From the NCBI GenBank assembly GCA_963763775.1, contig CAVXPZ010000004.1, positions 32,001-96,000 of the forward strand: a stretch of 64,000 nucleotides of DNA, in the 5' to 3' direction. This stretch comes from an uncultured Chloroflexia bacterium (lineage in GTDB: Bacteria; Chloroflexota; Limnocylindria; Limnocylindrales; CSP1-4). The notes under the pieces were generated by a model. The model did no database searches. It was not told the origin of the DNA and saw only the letters and a list, made by a program, of their open reading frames with translations. The position numbers and the translations under genes were made by a program. Below are positions 36,860 to 45,646 of this stretch, in pieces (positions within the stretch are counted from its first letter, which is position 1; every line of letters begins with the position of its first letter).

Positions 36860-37579
36860 TCAGGCGGGGCGCGGCCACCAGGCGACGACGTCGACCCGGG
36901 ACGCGAAGCGCAGATGCGGCGGTTCGTCGGGGAGCGTGAGGCCGTGCGCTTCGGCCATCGTCTCGATCTCGAACCGGGCCGCCGCTGGTTGGAGCGGCCA
37001 CGGGGCGTGCCGGATCTCGGTGCGCAGGACCTGACCGTCGCCGTCCATCGCGAACAGGCGCCAACGCTCGGTCAGCCACGCCTCGAGTGACCCGGGCGCG
37101 GCCCGCTCGACCGGTCCTGTCGGCCGGTATCTCGTTTCGAGCCGCGCCGGCGGCCCGCGGTGGTCGATCCGCACGGACCGGTAGTCGATGACCTCACGCA
37201 CGCGTCCCGTGGACATGCGCGCCTCGTAGTACGGCAGGTGGAACGCCGTTCGGGCACCCTCGACCGCCGGGCGACTGCCCGCATCGAGGCTCAGGAACCA
37301 GACGCCCGACCGGCCTCGATATCGGACGTACGTCCGCACGTTGAGCTCAGGAAACGCGCCGGCGACCGGCGGCGCCGGCAGACCCCGGATCCCGACGTCC
37401 TCCATCCGGAACGGGACGATGCCCAGGTAGGCACGGCCCTCGAACAGGTCGAGCTCGAGCGGTTCGGGCACCACCGCCCGGATGGCCGCCGGATCGATGG
37501 GCCAGTGCGCGAAGAGCAGGTCGCGCCACCGCATCCGCATCACCCACGGCCGTCGGCCGAGGTCGGGCAGCCGTGTCAT
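36860..37579 (-). CDS. YqjF/DUF2071 family protein
   Basis: MRWRDLLFAHW, GIVPFRM, FPELNVRTYV, VWFLSLDA, WLTERW, HAPWPLQ. Confidence 0.88.
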   Translation of the reverse strand: MTRLPDLGRRPWVMRMRWRDLLFAHWPIDPAAIRAVVPEPLELDLFEGRAYLGIVPFRMEDVGIRGLPAPPVAGAFPELNVRTYVRYRGRSGVWFLSLDAGSRPAVEGARTAFHLPYYEARMSTGRVREVIDYRSVRIDHRGPPARLETRYRPTGPVERAAPGSLEAWLTERWRLFAMDGDGQVLRTEIRHAPWPLQPAAARFEIETMAEAHGLTLPDEPPHLRFASRVDVVAWWPRPA

Positions 37580-37594
37580 GGGACGACGGCGGAC

Positions 37595-40450
37595 CTAGCC
37601 TTCGGGGGCCGTGAGCTCGCCCGGGTCCGCGAACGCCGTGCCCCCGCGCGACGTGCCGGACGCCGACATGGCCTCGCGGTAGACGCCGATCGCGTCGTCG
37701 ACGCAGCAGACCACGAGGTCGCCCGGGATCGCCCGTCGGAGCGCCGCCCGGACGGCGGTCATCTCCTCGAGGACCTTGTCGGCTCGGGCGGCTCGGGCAT
37801 GTCCGGCGGCCCGGGCCTTGCGAACCCCCTCGATGACGTTCGACGCGGTCTCGCCGGGTGCCCGTCCGCGAAGGTTCTTGTCCTCGCGCACGATGATCTC
37901 GTCGAACGCGGTCGCCGCGACGGCCCCGTACTCGCGCTGGTCGTCGTCGCGCCGGTCGCCGGGGATGCCGAGGACGCCGATCGCGCGGCCGGTCCGGAGC
38001 GCCGCCCCGCTCGGGCCGATCCGCCCGGCCTTCGTGACGGGCTCCTCCATCATCCGGTTGACGAAGTCGGCGAGCTGCCGCATGCCGTCGACGTTGTGGC
38101 AGTAGTCGATGACGACGCGGACACCGCCGACGTCGAGCAGGTTCAGCCGCCCGGGCGCCTGGAAGAACGACGTCGTGAACGTCCGCAGCCCTTGGCGGAT
38201 GTCATGCAGGTGCGCGCCCGCCGACCAGGCCGCCGCGGCCGCGGCCAACGCGTTGGCGACGTTCATCCGGGCACGGCCACCGAACGTGGCCGGGATGAGG
38301 TGCGTGTACAGCACCGGCATCGTGCGCGGGCCGAGCTTGAGCACGATGAGCTCGCCCTCCGAGGACGCCTCGAGGCAGAAAGCGGCACCGCCGCGACCCG
38401 TGTGGCCATCCACGCGGTCGTAGCCGTCCTCGCCCTTCGTCATCGACATGCTGAACAGCACGACTCGTCCCGAGCAGTGCCGGCCCATGCGGTAGACATG
38501 CGAGTCGTCGGCGTTGAGGACGGCGGTGCCGGATCGCGGCACGGCCTCCACGACCACGCCCTTGACGTTCGCGAGCTGGCCGATCGAGTCGATGCCGCCG
38601 AGCCCGAGGTGGTCGCCGGTCACGTTGGTCACCACGGCGACGTCGTTGCGGTCGTAGCCGAGGCCCTCGCGCAGGATCCCGCCGCGGGCCACCTCGAAGA
38701 CCGCCGTGTCCACGGTCGGGTTCTGGAGCACGGTCTGCGCCGACTTCGGGCCGGACATGTCGCCTTTTCTGATCAGCCGGCCGTCGACGACGATGCCGTC
38801 CGTCGAGGTCATGCCGACCCGCCGGCCCATCAGCTTGAGGATGTGGGCGATCATCCGGACCGTCGTCGTCTTGCCGTTGGTGCCGGTCACCGCGACGATC
38901 GGGATCCTCGCCGACGACCCTGGCGGGAACAGGGAATCGATGACGGGGCGGGCCACGTATTGCGGCTCCCCCTCGGTCGGGTGGGTGTGCATCCGGAACC
39001 CGGGCGCCGCGTTGACCTCGACGATCGCCCCGCCGGTCTCCCGGACGGGGGTCGCGATGTCCGGACAGATGAAGTCGATGCCGGCGACGTCGAGGCCGAC
39101 GATCTGCGCCGCCGTCTCGGCGATCTCGACGTTGTCCGGGTGCGCCTCGATGGTCCGGTCGATGGACGTGCCGCCCGTCGACATGTTGCCGGTCAGCGCG
39201 AGCTTCACGCGCGTGCCCGCCGGCGGGACCGCGTCCAGGCTCAGTCCCTGGGCCGAGACGAGGGCCTCGGCCGCCTCGTCCATCTTGATCCGCGTCAGGA
39301 CCTTCTCGTGCCCGATCCCGCGACGCGGGTCCTGGTTGGCGAGGTCGACGAGCTCGCGGACGGTATGCGACCCGTCGCCGGTCACCGACGCCGGCACCCG
39401 CTCGGCGATGGCCGCCACCTTGCCACCGATCACGAGGCAGCGGTAGTCGTTGCCGGCGACGTACGTCTCGACGACCAGGTCGCCGGACCGGCTCTCGGAT
39501 CGCGCACCGTGGAAGGCGGCACGGACCGCCTCCTCGGACTGCAGGTCGAGATGGACGCCGCGGCCGTGGTTCCCGTCGAGCGGCTTCACCACGCACGGGT
39601 ACCCGAGGCGCTTGGCGGCCGCGACGGTCTCGTCCTCGGTCTCGACCACCTCGGACCGCGGCACGGGCAGGCCGGCCGAGTCGAGCAGCCGATTCGTCAG
39701 GCTCTTGTCCGACGCGATGTCGACGCCGATCGCGGAGGTCTGCGACGTCATCGTCGCGCGGATCCGCTGCTGGTGGACCCCGTGGCCGAACTGGACGAGC
39801 GAGTGCCGGTCGAGCCGGATGAACGGGATGTCGCGGCTCACCGCCTCGTCGATGAGGGCCTGCGTCGACGGCCCGAAGGCCTGTCGCTCGGCCTGGCGGA
39901 TCAGCCGTTCGAGCTCGACGGCGAAATCGAAGAAGACCTCGGGATCGTCGGGCGCGACCAGGTGGTTGACGAGGCGGACGGCCATCCGACCGGCCTCGAG
40001 GCCGACCTGCTCCTCGCGGTACTCGTAGATGCAGTTGTACTGGCCGGGCTTCCCGGCCGAGCGCGTCTTGCCGTGGCGGACATCCGTGCCCGCGAGGTTC
40101 TGGAATTCGAGCGCGACGTGCTCGGCGATGTGCCCCGCCCACGTCCCGTCGCGCAGGCGCGTGATGAAACCGCCGCGCCGGCCGAGCGAGCAGGCGTGGT
40201 CCTCGAGCGTCGGCATCAGCGCGACGAGCGCGTCGGTGAAGTTCGGGAGCTTGTTCGACGGGTAGTCCTCGAGGACGCCGAGGTCGACGAGCATCCGGAT
40301 GACGGGCTCGCGCGCCCAGTAGTTGGGACCGCGCAGGACGCGAGTCTCCAGGATCCGCAGGGTCGGGGCCGGACCCGATGTGGGCGTCCCGGCCTTCGCC
40401 ACGCGGGAACCGCCGCGCTTGGAGCGGGACGCGGGTGCGGTCTGGGCCAC
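37595..40450 (-). CDS. cphA: Cyanophycin synthetase (CphA1 type, N + ATP-grasp + Mur ligase)
   Basis: HACS...GHIAEH N domain, GPST, VKPLDGNHGRGV, DYR, NMSTGG, EVNAAPGFRMH (ATP-grasp), TGTNGKTT, EVARGG, DHLG, PGRLN, DYCHN, PGDRRD; 951 aa. Confidence 0.97.
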   Translation of the reverse strand: MAQTAPASRSKRGGSRVAKAGTPTSGPAPTLRILETRVLRGPNYWAREPVIRMLVDLGVLEDYPSNKLPNFTDALVALMPTLEDHACSLGRRGGFITRLRDGTWAGHIAEHVALEFQNLAGTDVRHGKTRSAGKPGQYNCIYEYREEQVGLEAGRMAVRLVNHLVAPDDPEVFFDFAVELERLIRQAERQAFGPSTQALIDEAVSRDIPFIRLDRHSLVQFGHGVHQQRIRATMTSQTSAIGVDIASDKSLTNRLLDSAGLPVPRSEVVETEDETVAAAKRLGYPCVVKPLDGNHGRGVHLDLQSEEAVRAAFHGARSESRSGDLVVETYVAGNDYRCLVIGGKVAAIAERVPASVTGDGSHTVRELVDLANQDPRRGIGHEKVLTRIKMDEAAEALVSAQGLSLDAVPPAGTRVKLALTGNMSTGGTSIDRTIEAHPDNVEIAETAAQIVGLDVAGIDFICPDIATPVRETGGAIVEVNAAPGFRMHTHPTEGEPQYVARPVIDSLFPPGSSARIPIVAVTGTNGKTTTVRMIAHILKLMGRRVGMTSTDGIVVDGRLIRKGDMSGPKSAQTVLQNPTVDTAVFEVARGGILREGLGYDRNDVAVVTNVTGDHLGLGGIDSIGQLANVKGVVVEAVPRSGTAVLNADDSHVYRMGRHCSGRVVLFSMSMTKGEDGYDRVDGHTGRGGAAFCLEASSEGELIVLKLGPRTMPVLYTHLIPATFGGRARMNVANALAAAAAAWSAGAHLHDIRQGLRTFTTSFFQAPGRLNLLDVGGVRVVIDYCHNVDGMRQLADFVNRMMEEPVTKAGRIGPSGAALRTGRAIGVLGIPGDRRDDDQREYGAVAATAFDEIIVREDKNLRGRAPGETASNVIEGVRKARAAGHARAARADKVLEEMTAVRAALRRAIPGDLVVCCVDDAIGVYREAMSASGTSRGGTAFADPGELTAPEG

Positions 40451-40493
40451 GGGAGTCCTCCTCGGTCGGCGGCGGCGGCCGCCCGGATCGGTC

Positions 40494-41330
40494 CTAGCTG
40501 GAGGCGGCCTCGCCGCCGGGAAGGGCGTGGAGCGTGGGCGTCGAGATCCGGGCGCGGTGCCGGAGGTCGAATCGGTACCCGGCCGGCAGGGAGTGCAGCA
40601 CGACGCCGCTGATCATGAGCGGCCGGTGGCCGCGGACCTCCCACGCGTCGGTCTCGGATTGGGCGCCGTCGACGACGGTGATCGAGCCGCGGCCGATGAC
40701 TTCGAGGATGCCGTCCGGGCCGACCACGCCGGCCGTGTCCTCGTCCACGCCGAGGCCGAGCAGCGACGGGTTCTGGGCGATCAGGCTCAGCAGGCGGCCC
40801 AGCCGGTTCCGCTGCTGGAAGTGCTGGTCGACGATGACGCCGGGCAGCACCCCGAGCCCGGCGGAGATCTGCGCCATCCGGTGCTTTGGCGTCGCGCCCG
40901 ACGCGCCGAACGCGATCATGTGGCTCGACATCGCGGAGGCGCCGGCGGACGTCCCCGCCACCACGGCGCCGTGGCGGAACCGTTCCAGGATCGCATCGGC
41001 CAGCCGCGTGCCGCCGATCGTGGACGACAGTCGGAGCTGGTTCCCGCCGGTGAGGAAGATGCCGGTCGCATCGCGCACGGCCAGGGCGGCGTCCGGGTCG
41101 TTCGCCTGCGGGCGGGTCACGGCGTGGAGGAGCTTGACCCGCGTCACGCCGAGTTCCGCGAACACAGCCTTGTACCGCTCGCCTGCCTCGAGCCCCAGCG
41201 ACGAGGCGGTCGAGATGACGGCGATCGTGGCATCGACGCCGCCCGCGAGCGCGACGAACCGGCTGAGGATGACCCGATCCCGGACCTTGTCCTCTGCGCC
41301 GCCGATGATGATGACGGTCCCTTCGGCCAC
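40494..41330 (-). CDS. cphB: Cyanophycinase (peptidase S51)
   Basis: IGGAEDK, TGGNQ, GTSAGA (Ser nucleophile), DQHF (His), GVDEDT; directly upstream of cphA. Start may be GTG 41330 or 41339. Confidence 0.96.
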   Translation of the reverse strand: MAEGTVIIIGGAEDKVRDRVILSRFVALAGGVDATIAVISTASSLGLEAGERYKAVFAELGVTRVKLLHAVTRPQANDPDAALAVRDATGIFLTGGNQLRLSSTIGGTRLADAILERFRHGAVVAGTSAGASAMSSHMIAFGASGATPKHRMAQISAGLGVLPGVIVDQHFQQRNRLGRLLSLIAQNPSLLGLGVDEDTAGVVGPDGILEVIGRGSITVVDGAQSETDAWEVRGHRPLMISGVVLHSLPAGYRFDLRHRARISTPTLHALPGGEAASS

Positions 41331-41427
41331 GAGCTCCACGTGCTTCGGCGTTCGTTGGCGGTGAGGATACCGCCTCGAAGCCGACCGCCGCCGAACGGCT
41401 GACCGTCCGTGCGAGAATCCGCGTGCC

Positions 41428-42397
41428 ATGGCCGACGACGACGAGCCAGCCGGACTCCGCCCGATCCCGGGGTCGGCGCGCGGCCGCGGCCGGATCGTCG
41501 TGGACCTGGCCGACATGATCGACCGGCCGACGCGGCGTCGGGCCGGGGTCTTTCGTCGAGCGCTCCGACGCGAGGTGTCGCGACTCCACGACCCGCGGCG
41601 GATCGCGGCGATCGTGCTGCTGAGCCTCACGTTCGCGATGCTCGTCTCGGGGATGATCGCCCGCGGTGACGCGGGCGGCGCGGACGCCCGGGCGTATTGG
41701 GCCGGGGTCCGGATCTGGCTCAACGGCGGCGACCCGTACCACCCGACGGGGCCGTTCCTCCCGTACGTCTACGCCCCGTGGATGCTGCCGCTGTTCGCGC
41801 CCTGGGCGGTCCTGCCGTGGGATGTGGCCTGGTTCGTCTGGCGAGGCGGCACGATCCTGCTCCTGCTCTGGACGATCCACTGGGCGTACCGTCGCCGACC
41901 GTTGACCACGGCCGTGATCTTCGCGGTCCTCGCGTTCCCCTTCGGCGCGAACCTCGACACCGGGAACATCAACCTCCAGCTCACCCTGATGCTCTGGGCC
42001 GCCAACTTCACCGGCCCGCGGCTGGGCGGGCTCCTGTGGGCGCTCGCGACGTGGATGAAGTGGATCCCCGGTGATCTTCTGGCCGGTCCTGTCGCGCCCG
42101 GCGAAGGTCTGGGGGCTGGGCTGGCTGGCGGTCTCCATCGCCTTGAGCGTGGCCACGCTCCCGCTGACGATCATCCAGCTCCAGGTCCTGTTCGGGTTCG
42201 GGGCGCGACCGGTCCGCCTCGACTACCTCGTCTATCTCTGGGCCTTCGTCCCGTGGCTCTACCGACGGCCCGACCCGTTCGACTTCCTTCGTCCTGCCAC
42301 CTGGCGTCGCTGGGCGACGGCCCGGAGGCGACGCGGAGCGGCGGACCCGGCGGCGTCCCCCGACCCGGCGGAACCGAGTCAGGGCGCGGTCGTCTAG
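41428..42397 (+). CDS. GT87/DUF2029-like GT-C membrane glycosyltransferase (frameshift near 42068)
   Basis: DARAYW, GDPY, PYVYAPW, GNIN, MKWIP; the hydrophobic C-terminus continues in ORF 42071-42397. Confidence 0.75.
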
Positions 42398-43746
42398 GTC
42401 GCCGGTGCGGCGGTCGCCGGGGCCGCCACGAGGTCCTCGATATCCTCGCGCCGGCGCTGGTCGACGGGCCGGAGCAGGGCCGCCGCGACGATGAACAGGA
42501 CGATGCCGATCATCAGGGCGGCCCTTGGCCCCGCGCCCGACTCGTCGACCCCGCCGACGATGTCGATGACCGGTCCGCCGATGATCAACGCGAAGGCGCC
42601 GGCCGAGGCCGTCGCGACGTTGCTCATCCCCATGTACCGGCCCGACGCGGCCTTGGGGATGATGTCGGTCATCAGCGCCCAGTCGACCGCGAGGAACGCG
42701 CCCGCGCCGATCCCGACGCAGAGGATGCCGGCTTCCGCGACCGGCAGGCTCGGTGCGACCGTGAGGATCGTCATGCCCACCGCCCCGAGCACGCACGCGG
42801 CGTAGATGACGGCCTTGCGGCCGACGCGATCGGAGAGCTTCGCGGCCGGAAGGGACGTGATCACGATGGCGATCGCGATGATCACGGCGGTGATCTTCAC
42901 CCACAATCCCTTCTCGTCGTCGGAGAGGCCCATGGACCGGCCGAGGTACAGCACGCTCAGCCCGGAGATCATCGAGACGCCGGTCAGGAAGAACAGCCGG
43001 GAGGCCACGAGCCAGACATAGCTGCGCTCCTTGAGGATGTCCGTGCCCCATGCCTCGGCGGCCACGGAGCCCCAGCCACGGCCCTCGCGGTCGCGAGCCT
43101 GCCGGCCTTCCCGGACCCACAGCACCGTGCCGACCATCGTCAGGAACTCGACGACACCCACGGCGATGAGGGGCACGGTGAAGTCCGGCGGCGTCGACGA
43201 GTAGCCGACCGAGGCGATCGCGATGCCGCCGACGTTGCCGAGGATCGACATGATCCCGACGAGGGCGCTGGCGAGCGCCACCTGCTGGGCGCCGACGAGG
43301 TCGGGGATGTAGCCCTGGAACGGACCCTGGGCGAAGTTCGAGCTGAACTGGAGCAGGACCACGAACGCCATCACGGCGAAGAACGTCTGCGACGTGGCGA
43401 TGCCGACCAGGAAGACCACGTCGAGCGTCGCCCCGATCGCGATGTACGGCTTGCGCCGTCCCCAGCGGCTCATCGTGTAGTCGCTGATGTTGCCGACCGT
43501 GGGCTGGACGACGATCGCGATCATGACGGCGGCGACCTTGATGACCGCGATGGCCGTGCCGCCGGTCCCTTGCGCCACGAGGTCCGGGACGCGCTCCTGG
43601 AGGATCACCCCATCCAGGGCGCCCCAGATCGCGTTGATCCCGAACCAGTAGATGGAGATCTGGAAGAGCTGGCGCAGCGGGAGCAGGGCCGTCGGGCGGC
43701 CGTCCGCGCCGAACGCGCTGGTCGCGGTGGCACTCGGGCTGTGCAT
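42394..43746 (-). CDS. MFS transporter
   Basis: GNISD...WGRRKPY, QGPFQGYIPD, LSDRVGRK, AVDWAL; 12 TM segments. Confidence 0.92.
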   Translation of the reverse strand: MHSPSATATSAFGADGRPTALLPLRQLFQISIYWFGINAIWGALDGVILQERVPDLVAQGTGGTAIAVIKVAAVMIAIVVQPTVGNISDYTMSRWGRRKPYIAIGATLDVVFLVGIATSQTFFAVMAFVVLLQFSSNFAQGPFQGYIPDLVGAQQVALASALVGIMSILGNVGGIAIASVGYSSTPPDFTVPLIAVGVVEFLTMVGTVLWVREGRQARDREGRGWGSVAAEAWGTDILKERSYVWLVASRLFFLTGVSMISGLSVLYLGRSMGLSDDEKGLWVKITAVIIAIAIVITSLPAAKLSDRVGRKAVIYAACVLGAVGMTILTVAPSLPVAEAGILCVGIGAGAFLAVDWALMTDIIPKAASGRYMGMSNVATASAGAFALIIGGPVIDIVGGVDESGAGPRAALMIGIVLFIVAAALLRPVDQRRREDIEDLVAAPATAAPAT

Positions 43747-43781
43747 CCGACCTCTCCGTCTAGCGGTCGCTGCGGGACATC

Positions 43782-44499
43782 CTACGCTTCGGGTATGGGC
43801 GTCCCGTCACGACCGAGGGCGACCGTCCGATGCAGGCCCACCAGACGACGGGCGGTCGCACCGGGAGCGACGAACCGGAAGAGCGATCGATCGAGGGAGT
43901 AGATCCCGGTCGAGACGACGCCGATCCGGCCCAGGGCGAAGGAGAACACCGGGTTCTCGCCGTTGCCCGCGTAGTGATACGGGGTCCCGTCGCCGGCGAG
44001 GACGGCAAGGTTCGCCTGGCCGCCGAACCGGTCGTGCAGCGCCCCCAGCAGGTGCGGGACGGGCTCGCCCCCGTGCCACGCATCCTCGAGCCAGCGCGCG
44101 CCGACCTCGGTGTCGGCCCGGCCGTGGATCCGGCCCTGCCCCCGGTACATCGGGCGGAGCGACTGGTAGTCCCGCAGGTCGCCGTTGTGGCTGAACGAGA
44201 ACCGGCCAGCCGGATCGTCGAACGGCTGCGTGTCGGGCAGGGTGAGCGTCGAGAGCCGCGACGGGCGGCGCAGGTGGACCAGCGCGGAGGTCGTCTCGAC
44301 GGCTCCGACGGTCGTTCCGGCCCGGATCTTCGCGGAACGCGCGCACGTCGCGGTACGACCGGATCTCGCCACGCTCGTCCAGCCATGCCGCGCCCCACCC
44401 GAACCCGGCGATCCCGAACCGCTCCAGCTTCTCGGCGAAGGGCCACAGGTCGTCGAGCCGGAACGGTTCCGCGGCGCGGACGATGAAGTGCTCGCACAT
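43782..44499 (-). CDS. Class II glutamine amidotransferase-like Ntn hydrolase (EgtC/YafJ-like; frameshift near 44320)
   Basis: N-terminal MC (Cys1 nucleophile), GWGAAW, then in a second frame LVHLRR, TQPF, FSHNGDL, DTE. Confidence 0.8.
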
Positions 44500-44545
44500 G
44501 GCTCGCGATGATACCCGCGACGTCGGCCGCTGCGACGACGACCCG

Positions 44546-44824
44546 CTAGCCGTGGATCGCCGACTCGTACTCGGGGAAGTAGCGGCCGATGACCGGCAGG
44601 TCGAAGGTCGTGAGGATCGAGGTCTTCGGCTCGCGCGCGAGCAGGAACCGGAACGAGCGGAGCACGAGCTCGTGCGGGTCGCGGTCGCCGGGCGACAGGC
44701 GGGCCAGGTCGGCGTCGGTCAGGCCCACCACATGACGCGACGAGGAGCCGTCGTCGTCGGCCACGACGACATCGCACGTCCACTGCCCGTCGGCGCGGGT
44801 GCAGGTCACATCGAGCTCGGTCAT
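44546..44824 (-). CDS. Small hypothetical protein (92 aa)
   Basis: ATG overlaps the nei stop; MTELDVTC...SFRFLLAREPKTSILTTFDLPVIGRYFPEYE. Confidence 0.75.
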   Translation of the reverse strand: MTELDVTCTRADGQWTCDVVVADDDGSSSRHVVGLTDADLARLSPGDRDPHELVLRSFRFLLAREPKTSILTTFDLPVIGRYFPEYESAIHG

Positions 44825-45646
44825 CGGTCGGCGGCTCCCTGGCAGGTCGGGCACCAGTAGGTGGTTCGCGGCAGGTCCGTGCCCTGCCGGGCGGAGCGGA
44901 TCGGCGTCTGGCAGCGGCGGCATCGGCGCCCGGTGCGGCCGTAGACGTAGAGCGGACCCGGGCGCGGCGCGATCGCCCGCGGTCGTGACGCGCTCCGGCC
45001 CGCGCGTCGGACCGACGTTGGCGAGCAGCAGGCGTCGTGCGGTGGCGATCAGCCGCTCGAGCGCGTCGTCGTCGAGGTCACGGACCAGCGCGAACGGCGA
45101 CACCCGCTCGAGCCAGAGGACCTCGCTCTTGTACACGTTGCCGATGCCCGCGAGCGCCCGCTGGTCCACCAGGGCGACCGCGACCGCTGTCGCGGCCCGC
45201 GACGGGTCTCGAAGGCGGCGAAGGGCTTCGGCCGCGTCGAACTCGGACGCGAGAAGATCCGGCCCGAGCTGCCCCAGCGACGGGTGGATCGATGCGGCGC
45301 GGGTCTCGAACAACTCGACGACCGGCGCATCGAAGCAGACCGCCACCGCACCTGGGACTTCGAGGACGAGTCGTGCCCGGGACGGCGGGCGGCGCCATCG
45401 CTCGCCCGGGCGATAGCGATGCCACGAACCGTTCATCCGCAGGTGCGTCCGGATCTCCAGCCCGCCGTCGAACCGGATGAGGAGGTTCTTGCCGTGCGCT
45501 TCCACGGCGTCGATACGGCGGCCGACCACCCGCTGGACCTGCGGGACCGGTCCCGGGCCGTTGGCGCGCGCCGCGGTCACCGCCCGCCCGACCAGGAACG
45601 GCCGGAGTCCGGCCGCGGTCCGGAAGAGCGTGTCGCCCTCAGGCAC
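44821..45646 (-). CDS. nei: Fpg/Nei family DNA glycosylase (endonuclease VIII-like; frameshift near 44957)
   Basis: N-terminal PEGD, GKNLL, HLRMNG, LGPD, DQRALAGIGNVYKSE (H2TH). The zinc finger YVYGR...CRRC...YWCPTCQ appears after a frame change. Confidence 0.9.

Noticed and set aside
44546-45646. Apparent fusion of Nei with the downstream small protein in the ORF track
   Set aside because: The Nei zinc finger and its stop lie in another frame after an extra G near 44957, so the fusion is an artefact.
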